The position numbers and the translations under genes are program-made. Shown here piece by piece: positions 21,231 through 30,716 of a stretch of DNA of 64,000 nucleotides. Position 1 is the stretch's first letter; each line of letters starts with the position of its first letter. Where the stretch lies: NCBI GenBank assembly GCA_963829055.1, contig CAWHHI010000006.1, positions 320,001 to 384,000 of the forward strand, given 5' to 3'. The notes beneath the pieces are model-generated. The model was not told the origin of the DNA and did not search any database. It worked only from the letters and a program-made list of their open reading frames with translations. This stretch comes from an uncultured Gemmatimonadaceae bacterium. Its GTDB lineage: Bacteria; Gemmatimonadota; Gemmatimonadetes; Gemmatimonadales; Gemmatimonadaceae.

Positions 21231-22110
21231 CTACACGAAACGCTTCACGAACTCGAGCGCCGTCGTCGCCACCTCGCGCCAGCCACTGTCGATCGTGAGC
21301 GCGTGTCCTCGATCTTTGATCTCCACGATCTCCGTCAGCCCTGGATTCTTCTGCTGCTGATGGAACGACGCGTTCGCGATCGCCCACGGCACCGTGTGAT
21401 CCTTCTCGCCCGAGATGATGAGCAGCGGACCGCGATCCGGATTTTCCGTATCGACTTTCGCCTCGGTCCACGGATTGAGGTTCGCTGCCGCGGCCTGGAA
21501 GAGCGGTGCGCCCGGCGCCGGCACGGCGAACTTTTCGTAGAGCTCCCTGGCCTCTTCGTTCGCTCACCGCGTTCGCGAACGCAAAGCGGAACTGCTCGAA
21601 CGTCAGCGGCACTGCCCGATGCCTGTTGGCCGGGTTGCCGAGCACGGGGAACCCGGCCTTGAGCGCCGAAATCGGGAGCGGCAACACGCCACGGAACGGA
21701 GCAGGATCCACGGCGACGGTTGCTGCAGACAGACCGCGGCCAGCGAGGATCTGCGCGAGCAATCCACCGAACGAATGGCCGATGACGGCCGGCTTCCGCT
21801 TGAGTCCGCGAATGATCTGCTCGACGTGATCGGCCACCATCCCAATGGTCTTGTTCGCGAACACCTCGGGGTGCGTGTTCGCCTCGTCCACCGTCGCAGG
21901 ATCATCCGGCCAGCCCGGAGTAAGCGCTGTGTAGCCTGCCTCCTCGACGAACGTGGCCCATCGGTCCCAGCTGCTCGGGAGTAGCCACAGGCCGTGCACG
22001 AAGACAATGGGCTGAAGCCCGGTCGCGTTGGAGCGCTCGATCTGCTGCGCTTCGTGATCGGTGACTTTGACGGTGGGGATGGAGGCGGGGGTGGTCGATG
22101 CGGTGGCCAT
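21231..22110 (-). CDS. Alpha/beta hydrolase; +1 frameshift near 21558
   Basis: VFVHGLW, GHSFGG nucleophile; C-terminus (GEKDHTVP...RGH) in ORF 21231..21524; AGGAG RBS before ATG 22110. Confidence 0.88.
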
Positions 22111-22240
22111 GATGGTTCTCCTACGGCGCGTGGTGCCGACTTCGAAAAGAGTGGTGCACGTTCGAGAACCGTTCATCTGCGCCGAACGAGAGCCACACGC
22201 AAGCTTCTTTACGATGTCTTTACGTGGCGTCGCATCACGC

Positions 22241-23368
22241 TCACGAGGCGCCCGCGCCGACCGGGCCGGCATCATAATGAAGGCCGATCGGCCCGACGTA
22301 CGCCGACTGCGGACGTATCAGTCGCCCGTCACGCAGCTGCTCCAGACAATGTGCCGACCACCCGAGCACTCGGCCCACCGCAAACGTCGGGGTGAAAAGC
22401 TCGGTTGGAAGGCCGAGCCCGTGCAGCAGCAACGCCGTATAGAACTCGACGTTCGTATCGAGGCGACGATCGGGTTTGTGTTCGCGCAGCAGGCGTAGCG
22501 CCGTAGACTCGACCTGTCGCGCGAGATCATAGACGGACCGATCGACGCCGCTCGTGAAGAATCGCTCCGCGGCCTCGCCAAGCACATCGGCGCGGGGGTC
22601 GCGTACTCTGTAGATGCGATGACCGAAGCCCATCAGTCGCTCGCCGCGATCGAGCATCGCCTTGATCACGGCTTCGGCGCGATCGGGAGTCCCGATCTCG
22701 AACACCATGTCCAGCGCGGGACCGGGCGCACCGCCGTGCAGCGGTCCCTTGAGTGCGCCCACCGCTCCGGTGATGGCGGAGATGACGTCCGATCGTGTGG
22801 AGACGATGACGCGCGCCGCGAACGTCGACGCGTTGAGCCCGTGGTCACAGACGGTATTCAGGTACGTCTCCAGTCCGCGCGCGCGCTCCGCCGACGGTTC
22901 GGCGCCCGACAACTGATGCAGGTAATGCGCAGCGTGTCCGATGTCCGCGCGCACGGGGACCGGCTGCTCTCCATTGCGCAGACGCCAGTACGTGCCGACG
23001 ATAGTCGGGAAGGTTGCGATGGCCGTCATCGCGTCGTCGAGTGGATCCTCCTGGCGGCCGAGGCTGAGCAGCGGCGCCGCCATCCGGAGCGCGTCCATCG
23101 GCGACGTGTTCGCCGTCGCGGCTTCGCGCAGGACTCCGAGCGCCGCTCGCGGGAGTGCTCGCCGAGTGGCGAGGTTCTGCGAGAACCTAACGAGCTCCGA
23201 TGGATCTGGCAGGCGCCCGTGCAGGAGCAGATGCGCCACCTCCTCGAAGCTGGCGTGTGGTGCGAGGTCATCGACCGCGTAGCCCGCGATCGTCAGGCGG
23301 CCAGCCTCCCCGTCGACCTGACTCAACCGAGTCGTTGCCGCCACGACATTGTCCAATCCCTGTGTCAT
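22241..23368 (-). CDS. Citrate synthase / 2-methylcitrate synthase
   Basis: DHGLNASTF, GPLHGGA, GFGHRIY..DPRA, NVEFY motifs. Confidence 0.93.
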   Translation of the reverse strand: MTQGLDNVVAATTRLSQVDGEAGRLTIAGYAVDDLAPHASFEEVAHLLLHGRLPDPSELVRFSQNLATRRALPRAALGVLREAATANTSPMDALRMAAPLLSLGRQEDPLDDAMTAIATFPTIVGTYWRLRNGEQPVPVRADIGHAAHYLHQLSGAEPSAERARGLETYLNTVCDHGLNASTFAARVIVSTRSDVISAITGAVGALKGPLHGGAPGPALDMVFEIGTPDRAEAVIKAMLDRGERLMGFGHRIYRVRDPRADVLGEAAERFFTSGVDRSVYDLARQVESTALRLLREHKPDRRLDTNVEFYTALLLHGLGLPTELFTPTFAVGRVLGWSAHCLEQLRDGRLIRPQSAYVGPIGLHYDAGPVGAGAS

Positions 23369-23407
23369 GGTCAGTATTATCGCGAGTGTGGATTATGGCG
23401 GTCAATC

Positions 23408-23423
23408 TTGATTCGGCAATCAA
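23408..23423. promoter_or_regulatory. Candidate operator TTGATT-N4-AATCAA between divergent citrate synthase genes
   Basis: Perfect 6-bp AT-rich inverted repeat in the 78-bp divergent spacer. Confidence 0.55.
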
Positions 23424-23446
23424 CATATCGCGGGTACGGGTCATCC

Positions 23447-24682
23447 ATGGCGTCCCAGCAGTATCTCACAGCGAGGCAGGCGGCTCAGTCGCTCGGCGTC
23501 ACACTCGCCACGCTGTACGCGTACACGAGTCGAGGGCAGCTCCGGTCGGAGGCGGTCGCCGGCAATTCGCGCGAGCGCCGGTACTATCGTGAGGACGTCG
23601 AGCGACTGAAGGATCGGAAGGCCGCTCGCCGCGATCCGTCGAAGGTCGCTGCGCGCGGACTGCGCTGGGGCGAGCCGGTGCTCGAGTCGGGCATCACGCT
23701 CATTCACGACGGGACGTTCTACTATCGCGGTCAGAACGCCGTGCGGCTCGCGACGACATCGAGCGTGGAGGACGTCGCCGCGCTGCTCTGGGGAGCGGAC
23801 GATGCCGAACGACAGCGTCTGTTCGCACAACCGAATCCGCTCGACTCGCGGCAGCTCGCGCAGCTCGGTCGCCTAACGGGTGATCCACTGCCGCTGCTCC
23901 AGGCCGCGCTGCCGATCGCCGCAGCAACCGATCTCGCGTCCTACGATCTCCGGCCGGCAGCAGTTCGTGCGACCGGCGCCCGCATCGTGCGGCTCCTGAC
24001 GACGATCATCGCGGGCCGGAGCGCGCGTGAGCCCATTCACCAGCTCCTGCAAGCCACGTGGGCGCCGAAGAAGGCTGCCGTGGCCGAGGTGGTCCGAACC
24101 GCGCTCGTGCTCTGTGCGGACCACGAGCTCAACGTGTCGGCGTTCACCGCGCGCTGCACGGCGTCGGCCGGCGCGTCACCGTACGACGTGGTATCGGCGG
24201 CGATGGCGACGCTCAAGGGCTATCGCCACGGCGGCGCCGCGGCGCGCGTGCTCGACATCGTTAGGCACGCCGATACGCCGAAACGGGCACGCGACGCCAT
24301 CGCCGATCAGTTGCGTCAAGGGCAGGCAATCGCGGGCTTCGGACATCCGCTGTATCCGGCCGGCGATCCGCGGGCCGCGCTGTTGATCCGGCTTGCGGAA
24401 TCGAGCGGGAACGAGCGGGCGTGGCGCCCGTTCCGCAACCTGTTCAAGGCAGGCCACGAACTGCTGAACGAATCACCGAACCTGGATTGCGGGTTGGCGG
24501 CCATAACGCGAACGTATCGCCTGCCAGACCAGGCGCCACTGCTCCTGTTCGCGTTGGGCCGCACCATCGGCTGGATCGCGCACGCGATCGAGCAATACGA
24601 GGCGGGCCACCTCATCCGGCCGCGCGCCCGGTACACTGGCAAGGCACCCGAGCCGGCGACGTCCGCAATCGCGAGGCCGTGA
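23447..24682 (+). CDS. HTH-citrate synthase family protein (probable regulator)
   Basis: MASQQYLTARQAAQSLGVTLATLYAYTSRG HTH, then DHELNVSAF, HGGA, GFGHPLY..GDPRA. Confidence 0.88.
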   Translation: MASQQYLTARQAAQSLGVTLATLYAYTSRGQLRSEAVAGNSRERRYYREDVERLKDRKAARRDPSKVAARGLRWGEPVLESGITLIHDGTFYYRGQNAVRLATTSSVEDVAALLWGADDAERQRLFAQPNPLDSRQLAQLGRLTGDPLPLLQAALPIAAATDLASYDLRPAAVRATGARIVRLLTTIIAGRSAREPIHQLLQATWAPKKAAVAEVVRTALVLCADHELNVSAFTARCTASAGASPYDVVSAAMATLKGYRHGGAAARVLDIVRHADTPKRARDAIADQLRQGQAIAGFGHPLYPAGDPRAALLIRLAESSGNERAWRPFRNLFKAGHELLNESPNLDCGLAAITRTYRLPDQAPLLLFALGRTIGWIAHAIEQYEAGHLIRPRARYTGKAPEPATSAIARP

Positions 24683-24700
24683 CGCTACTCCAGCCCTGTC

Positions 24701-25570
24701 ATGCCTGACACTGACGAGACGAGCTCCGGCAGCGTATGACGCCTTCTATCGCGCATTCGACTCACCGCTCATGCAGCAGATCCGGCGCGAGGCGTACGAC
24801 GAAGACATCGGGCAACACTCGTGGGTGCGCGCCGATGAGATGCGACGGGACCTGCGACGCCTCGAGCTCGATGCGTCGAGTCGCGTAGTCGATCTCGGCT
24901 GCGGCCCGTGCGGCCCGCTGACGTTCGTGCTGGCGGCCACGAGATGCGCCGGGACGGGCGTGGACGCGAGTGCCGCAGCCCTCCGCACCGGGCACGCGCG
25001 GGCGGCGTCGCTCGGCGTCGACTCGTTGCTTTCGCTTCGCGTAGCCGACCTCGACGATCCGCTCGAGCTCGCCGAAGGCTCGTTCGACGCGGCAATGGCG
25101 TTGGACGTCGTGCTGCATCTACGCGATCGCGGGCGATTCTTTCGTGACGTCGCGATGCTCCTGCGGCCAGGCGGCAGATTCCTGGTCACCGATGCCGGTG
25201 TCGTCACCGGCTCCATCTCGGACGACGAGGTCCGGCGACGGAGCCGCTACGGACACACGGAGCTCGTCGCACCGGGGCGGAACGAGACGTTGCTGGAAGC
25301 CGCAGGGTTCCGCGTCATCGAGGTCGAGGACCGCACCGCGAGCGTCGTGAAGAACGCGAGCGGCAGGCTCATGGCGATGAACGCGCATCGCTCGGAGCTC
25401 GAACGCATGTCGAGCACGGCGGACCTCGACGCCGAGCAGCGGTATCTCGAAACCGTGGTGGATCTGTCACGGAGAGGCGTCCTGTCGCGCTTCATGTACC
25501 TCGCCGAATTGGGGTCAGACTCGAGTCTGACCCCAACTCCGACCTCCACTCCCAAGGCCCTCGCTGCCAC
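24701..25570 (+). CDS. SAM-dependent methyltransferase (sarcosine/dimethylglycine N-methyltransferase-like); no stop of its own; probable +1 indel near 24720
   Basis: IGQHSW, VVDLGCGPCG, FDAAMALD, LLRPGGRFL; upstream YDAFYRAFDSPL is in frame, and ATG 24701 is one base off. Confidence 0.75.
25507..25536. repeat. GGGGTCAGACTCGAGTCTGACCCC palindrome inside an ORF
   Basis: 28-bp perfect palindrome 25509-25536, identical core to 18347-18378. Confidence 0.9.
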
Positions 25571-25571
25571 C

Positions 25572-26150
25572 ATGCCAGAACTGACGCTCGACCACACGAC
25601 CACCGCGCTCGTCCTCATCGACCTGCAGCGCGGAATCACCGCCGGCCAGACCGTGCCGCACGCGGCCGCTGATGTCATCGCCCGCGCAGCGCGGCTCATC
25701 GCAGCGTGCCGGCCGCGCGGTGTGCCCATCGTGTTGGTCCGCGTCGATCCCGGACCGGATGGAGTGCTCTTTCCGCGGCCACAAGCGGACCAGCCGCGAC
25801 CACCGATGACCATCTCGGCCGACTGGGCGGAGCTCGTCCCCGAGCTTGGCCGTGAGGCGTCGGATGTCGTGGTCACGAAACACCAGCCGAACGCGTTCTA
25901 CGCGACGGACCTCGACGTGCAGCTCCGGCGGCGCGGTGTCCGGACGATCATCCTCGGCGGCATCTCGACGAACGTCGGCGTAGAAGCGACGGCGCGTGCG
26001 GCGCACGAGCGCGGCTACGAACAGATCTTCGTGTCCGACGTGATGGCCGCGCGCGAGGCAGACCTCCACGAGCATTCCGTGAAGCGCATCTTCCCGACGC
26101 TCGGCCGCGTCCGCACGCTGGACGTGGTCCTCGCCGCAGTTGGTGGCTAG
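25572..26150 (+). CDS. Isochorismatase/cysteine hydrolase family protein
   Basis: TALVLIDLQRG, K...NAFY.TDLD, GISTNVGVEATAR motifs. Confidence 0.9.
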   Translation: MPELTLDHTTTALVLIDLQRGITAGQTVPHAAADVIARAARLIAACRPRGVPIVLVRVDPGPDGVLFPRPQADQPRPPMTISADWAELVPELGREASDVVVTKHQPNAFYATDLDVQLRRRGVRTIILGGISTNVGVEATARAAHERGYEQIFVSDVMAAREADLHEHSVKRIFPTLGRVRTLDVVLAAVGG

Positions 26151-26189
26151 CACGCTGCAGTGTCATTCCAGTAAGCGCTCCGGCCTGCA

Positions 26190-26312
26190 CGGCGGAGACG
26201 CAGAGCGCTCTGAACGCGCAGAAGGCGCAGAAAATGACAAATTGCTCGTCGTGTTCTTCTGCGCGGTCTGAGCGCTCTGAGCCCTCTGCGTTCCGCGTTC
26301 CGCGTTGCGGAG
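26190..26312. repeat. 9-mer periodic inverted repeat (CGCAGA-rich arm pairing with a TCTGCG-rich arm)
   Basis: cggagacgcagagcgctctgaacgcgcagaaggcgcagaa ... ttctgcgcggtctgagcgctctgagccctctgcgttccg between convergent genes. Confidence 0.7.
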
Positions 26313-26334
26313 CGCCCGCCGGGATGACAATCTG

Positions 26335-26787
26335 CTAGTCACGACCAGGCGCGCGTTCGACGTACACCGCGACCTGCGACTGCGCTGGTTGCACCACCGG
26401 CGTGAATCGCGCCGTGAAATCGCCGGCAGAGCGCGAACGCATCAGGATCGTCAGCGACGTATCGCTCGACTGCAGCAGGCGCACCGGGGCGAATGGCCCA
26501 ACCGACTGCGCGAAGTTGACCGACGCGTACACCGCGCTGTCGACCTGCGCGCCCGACATGCGCAGGGTGCCCTGGTGCGTGAGCGTGAAGTGCACTGCCG
26601 CGTGTCCCTCAGCGCGATTGTGCGCCGCCAGCCAGTCCGACGCGACCTGGCCGAGCGCCGTGTCGGGAATGACTGCGTCGTCGCGACATCCTGCCGACCC
26701 GACAGCCGCGCATAACGCCGGCAGGATGGTAAACCGCCGCCAGAGCTGCGTCAGGCGCCTCCGTCTGCTCGTCGAGGTCCTCGTCAT
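26335..26787 (-). CDS. Small hypothetical lipoprotein
   Basis: Lipobox-like GSAGC; lies downstream of blaR1 on the same strand. Confidence 0.55.
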   Translation of the reverse strand: MTRTSTSRRRRLTQLWRRFTILPALCAAVGSAGCRDDAVIPDTALGQVASDWLAAHNRAEGHAAVHFTLTHQGTLRMSGAQVDSAVYASVNFAQSVGPFAPVRLLQSSDTSLTILMRSRSAGDFTARFTPVVQPAQSQVAVYVERAPGRD

Positions 26788-26860
26788 GGTACCGGCAGTA
26801 TGCGCCCGGAGCCCGGACCACGCCAGCGATGAGTGACGGACCGGCGACCAGCCGCACGCT

Positions 26861-29551
26861 CTACCGTCGCCGACGGAGCTCGATCAACGAATCCGGCGAC
26901 GCCGCACGATAGCCCGCATCCTGCATGCGACGGATGAACTCGGGAGTCACCTTGTTCCGCCACATGTCGATGATCTGACTCCCATCCAGCCGGCGGTAGC
27001 CTAACGCGGCAAGCTCCGTCACATACATCGGCGTGACGCCGCTGAACCGGATCTCCGTGATTCCCTCCGCCGTGTTCGCATCGGTCACCTCCGCGGCACG
27101 CAGCGCGCGCACATACTCGGGCGTGACCTGCCGAACCGCGAGGTCGACGAGACCGCCTCGGGTGAGCGGAGTGACGCCAAGCGCGAGCAGTTCACGAACA
27201 GCCTTGGTCGACACGCCACTGAACGCGAGGTTCTTGAGGTCGTGATCCGACATCGCCTCGGTATCCTGAACACCGAGCGAGCGGAGAGTCGCGGCGAAGG
27301 TGTGGTTCGGCTCGAAGCGGAACCGGCCGCTTCCACGCCCGGATAGGAACGTGCCCTCATACTCGAAGACACCGGCGTCCTCTTCTACGCGGAACGCGAC
27401 TCGCGTCGGCGCGGCGGCGTTGACGTCTGCCGACGACAGGCCGCGCAGTTCGGATAGGTCGATCTGGCGCGCCCACTGGTTGTTCCCGTCCCAGTCGATA
27501 TCGAGCCTCAGCCCCGGTCCCCACTTGGCCATGAGTACCCAACTTCCGGCGAGCGGCGTGGGCTCGGCGGCGCTGGTGGCCGGCGGCGCAGTGGACGCAG
27601 GCGTTCCTGGCGTCGGCGCACCTGGCGTCGGCGCGGCAGCGGCGGGCCTCACTGCAGGTTCGGCCAACGACGACGCCTCACCGCGCGACCGCAGACTCAC
27701 GAGCTCGGAGATCGACAGTTGACGCCCCGCCGATGCGTTCGCCTGACGAGCGAAGTCCGCCGTCACACTCTGATTTCTGGCGCGGATCAACTGCGCCGCC
27801 GGCACGTTCCGGTAGCCCACCGATGCGAGCTCGCGAATGTAATCAGGTGTGATCCCGCTGGAATGAAAGCGCGTCACCGACTCCAGCGTGCCGAAGCGAT
27901 AGCCTAACGAATCGAGGGCGCGGAGCTCCGCGAGCTCGGGTCCGGAGCTGCTCGCGTGCACGAGCGCGGACGTCGACGGCGTCGCGTAGCCCTGCGCGGC
28001 CAACTCCTCGAGCATCTCGAGCCCCACCCCATGCCGCGCGAGCGTCAACTGCTGCTCGGCGGTCGGTGGCTGCATGCCGCGCCTGGCCAGCTCAGCGCCG
28101 AACGTGGAGTCCGGAGTGAAGGTGAAGCGTCCCGCTCCTCGACCGCGGCTGATTGTGCCAGTGAATGTGAACGTCCCGGGTCCGCGATGCAGTGTGAACA
28201 CGGCGTTGGAATCCGCGACGCTGCCGATCTGCACCATGGACACGCCCTCGAAGCGGGAGAGCGGTGCGTAGAACGTGTTGAGTCCCGGCGTGAACATCGA
28301 GATGTGAATAACTGTGCCGAGGCCCTGCATGCCTGCTTCGGCGGGATCGGCGACGCGAAGGTTCCACGTGCCACCGAGCACGCGTTGCGCGGAGCCGCGC
28401 GGAGCAGCGCCGGTCGTCGGCCGACCGAGGTCGCGCGTTGCCGCACCAACCGGGTCCACGTTAGGCGCCGGCTCTGCCACCGGCGCGCGGAATGCGGCAA
28501 GCGGCATGACCAGGAGTGCCGAGAACGCCGCATTGGCCACGGTGGCGCCGCGCCCCGGTGACGTGCGTCGGCGAGCGCCGTCAATTGCCGCACGGAGCCG
28601 CATCTCGATGTGGGAGGTCGTCGCCATTCCCACGGCGAGTGCGCCGAGCGGGCGCGGCGGACGGAGCGTCCGCGCGATCTCCAGCAGGTGCCCGGCGTAG
28701 TCACGCGGTTCGATTCCGCCCCTGACCACGCGATCGTCGCATGCGAGCTCGCGCTCGACGCGAAGGCGACGCGCGGCCCACCAGATCCCCGGGTGGGGCC
28801 AGTACAGCGCGCAGGCGACCGCGGCGAGGGTCTGCGTCAGGCAATCGTGCCGCACCACATGCGCGAGCTCGTGAACGAGAACGGCTTCGCGTCGCGCAGC
28901 CGGCCAACTCGACGATCCCGCGGGCACCATGACGAACGGACGAACGATGCCCCACGTGATCGGCATCATCTGCTCGGTGCTGCGAAGTAATCCAACGTGG
29001 CGACGGATGCCGAGGCGCACGACAGTCGACGCGAGTGTTTCCGTCCACTCGGTGTCATACTCGGGAATCCCGCCCCGCGCCCACCGCCGAACGATGAGTT
29101 GTTCGACCGCTATTCGCGTGAGCAGCAGAAGCACACCAGCGCCGTACACCACGAGGAGCACGAGTGTCCATGGGATTGCGCGTGCGGCAGCGACCGCAGC
29201 CGAGCCAGTTGTCTCGCCCACTTCGGGTGCGGTCGAAGCCGGGATAGAACGTGATGACTGAGTCGTCGTCACCCGGGCGTCGTTCGCGCTCGTTAGGCCC
29301 GGACTGGCGGACGGCGATGCCGTTTCGGCGGGGCGATGCGTCGGTAGCGGCATGAACCACCCGGGGAGCGCCCAGGCAAGAACGGGCAGGAGGAGCACCG
29401 CGACGACCGCGAACGTCCAGAGTTGGTGTCGAGCCGCCGCCGACGCACGGCGCAGCACGGACCAATCGATGACCACGGCGATCGCGAGCAGCAGCGTCGC
29501 CTTGAGCGCGATCGACGCGAGAGCGCCAAGGTCGGTCGTGTCGATGGTCAT
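26861..29551 (-). CDS. BlaR1/M56 family metallopeptidase sensor with duplicated C-terminal module
   Basis: TM segments, P.TWG..RP, HELAHV.RHD, W.HP..WWA, E.ACDD; ATG overlaps the blaI stop. Confidence 0.92.
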   Translation of the reverse strand: MTIDTTDLGALASIALKATLLLAIAVVIDWSVLRRASAAARHQLWTFAVVAVLLLPVLAWALPGWFMPLPTHRPAETASPSASPGLTSANDARVTTTQSSRSIPASTAPEVGETTGSAAVAAARAIPWTLVLLVVYGAGVLLLLTRIAVEQLIVRRWARGGIPEYDTEWTETLASTVVRLGIRRHVGLLRSTEQMMPITWGIVRPFVMVPAGSSSWPAARREAVLVHELAHVVRHDCLTQTLAAVACALYWPHPGIWWAARRLRVERELACDDRVVRGGIEPRDYAGHLLEIARTLRPPRPLGALAVGMATTSHIEMRLRAAIDGARRRTSPGRGATVANAAFSALLVMPLAAFRAPVAEPAPNVDPVGAATRDLGRPTTGAAPRGSAQRVLGGTWNLRVADPAEAGMQGLGTVIHISMFTPGLNTFYAPLSRFEGVSMVQIGSVADSNAVFTLHRGPGTFTFTGTISRGRGAGRFTFTPDSTFGAELARRGMQPPTAEQQLTLARHGVGLEMLEELAAQGYATPSTSALVHASSSGPELAELRALDSLGYRFGTLESVTRFHSSGITPDYIRELASVGYRNVPAAQLIRARNQSVTADFARQANASAGRQLSISELVSLRSRGEASSLAEPAVRPAAAAPTPGAPTPGTPASTAPPATSAAEPTPLAGSWVLMAKWGPGLRLDIDWDGNNQWARQIDLSELRGLSSADVNAAAPTRVAFRVEEDAGVFEYEGTFLSGRGSGRFRFEPNHTFAATLRSLGVQDTEAMSDHDLKNLAFSGVSTKAVRELLALGVTPLTRGGLVDLAVRQVTPEYVRALRAAEVTDANTAEGITEIRFSGVTPMYVTELAALGYRRLDGSQIIDMWRNKVTPEFIRRMQDAGYRAASPDSLIELRRRR

Positions 29552-29949
29552 TTCTCCTCCGTATTCGTGTCGCGAGCCTGTTTGAGCACCTTCGCGAGCC
29601 GCTTGTACTCCGCGTCCGAGAGCGGCTCATCACTCATGTCGAGTAGCGCCGCCATCGCGGAGCTCGGCGAGCTCCGGAAGAACGTGTTCACGAGATGTCG
29701 CAGCGCCGACCGGCTCACGTCGTCCGACTGATCGACGGGGAAGTAGACGTAGCGCGGCCCGTCCTGTTCGTGCGCGACGTAGCCCTTGGATGCGAGGTGC
29801 CGCAGCATGCCGCGTACGGCGGAGTTGCTGACCGGCTCGCCGAGCGCGGTCTGCACCTCGGTGGCGGTGGCGCGACCGGCGCGGAACAGGATGTCCATGA
29901 TCTGTCGCTCGCGGCGTCCGAGCTGATCGAGCGGATGGCGTGCTGGCAT
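29548..29949 (-). CDS. BlaI/MecI/CopY family repressor
   Basis: LGRRERQIMDIL...SAVRGML..L..KG...DGPRYVY...TFF. Confidence 0.93.
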   Translation of the reverse strand: MPARHPLDQLGRRERQIMDILFRAGRATATEVQTALGEPVSNSAVRGMLRHLASKGYVAHEQDGPRYVYFPVDQSDDVSRSALRHLVNTFFRSSPSSAMAALLDMSDEPLSDAEYKRLAKVLKQARDTNTEEK

Positions 29950-29967
29950 GGGCAAGGAAAGCCTGAA

Positions 29968-30001
29968 GTCAATGCATTGACAGTGTGTCAATACATTGAC
30001 A
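29968..30001. promoter_or_regulatory. Tandem palindromic operator GTCAAT-NN-ATTGAC x2 upstream of blaI
   Basis: GTCAATGCATTGAC (29968-29981) and TGTCAATACATTGACA (29986-30001); each contains a TTGACA -35 hexamer. Confidence 0.75.
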
Positions 30002-30041
30002 TCGAGGCCCGTCGGCCGTCAAGGCTTATTTTCGTTCCGGT

Positions 30042-30530
30042 ATGCATCCGCGCGCAGACCACCTCATCGCGACTCTCGATCTCCGCCCCCACCCGGAGGG
30101 CGGATTCTACCGCGAGGTGTATCGCTCGGCCGAGCGAGTGGTCCCCGCGGACGCGCGCGGTAACCGCGCGGCGCTCACGACGATCTACTTCCTCCTCCCG
30201 GCGGGCTCGCACAGCCGCTGGCACGTCGTCGCGTCCGACGAGGTATGGCACCTCTACGAGGGTGACGGGCTCGAGCTGCTCGAGCTCGACGCGTTAGGTG
30301 CCAATCTCACGCGGCACCGGCTGGCAGCGGTGGGCGACGGCGCCGGCGCCCCTGTTCACACAGTACCGGCCGGGAACTGGCAGGCAGCGCGGCCGTTAGG
30401 CGCCTACGCGCTCGTAGGATGCACGGTAGCGCCAGGGTTCGAGTTCGCGGACTTCCAGCTGCTCGCCGAGAGGCCGGATCTCGCCGCTACTGTTCGCACC
30501 GCGTGGCCTGACGTCGCGTCGCTCTTGTAG
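30042..30530 (+). CDS. DUF985 cupin domain protein
   Basis: L.PHPEGGFY, T.IYFLL, S.WH...DEVWH, GCTVAPGFEFADF. Confidence 0.93.
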   Translation: MHPRADHLIATLDLRPHPEGGFYREVYRSAERVVPADARGNRAALTTIYFLLPAGSHSRWHVVASDEVWHLYEGDGLELLELDALGANLTRHRLAAVGDGAGAPVHTVPAGNWQAARPLGAYALVGCTVAPGFEFADFQLLAERPDLAATVRTAWPDVASLL

Positions 30531-30552
30531 CGGAACGACGGGCAGGCGGGTT

Positions 30553-30709
30553 GTCATTCCGAGCGAGCGCAGCCGGGTGCCCACGCAGTGGGCGCATGAG
30601 GAATCGCGATCATACGGGTAGAGGGGCCCGCTCTACCGGGACGAGCAACGATTCCTCGACTCCGGCCTGCGGCCTCCGCTCGGAATGACACGGCTCCGCT
30701 CGGAATGAC
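30553..30709. repeat. REP-like element, GTCATTCCGAGCG family
   Basis: gtcattccgagcgagcgcagc...gaggaatcg...cgattcctcgactcc...cgctcggaatgac x2. Confidence 0.85.
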
Positions 30710-30716
30710 ACGCTCC

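Noticed and set aside
22619..23446. N-terminal extension of the 687-aa ORF
   Set aside because: It is the antisense shadow of citrate synthase; the real start is 23447.
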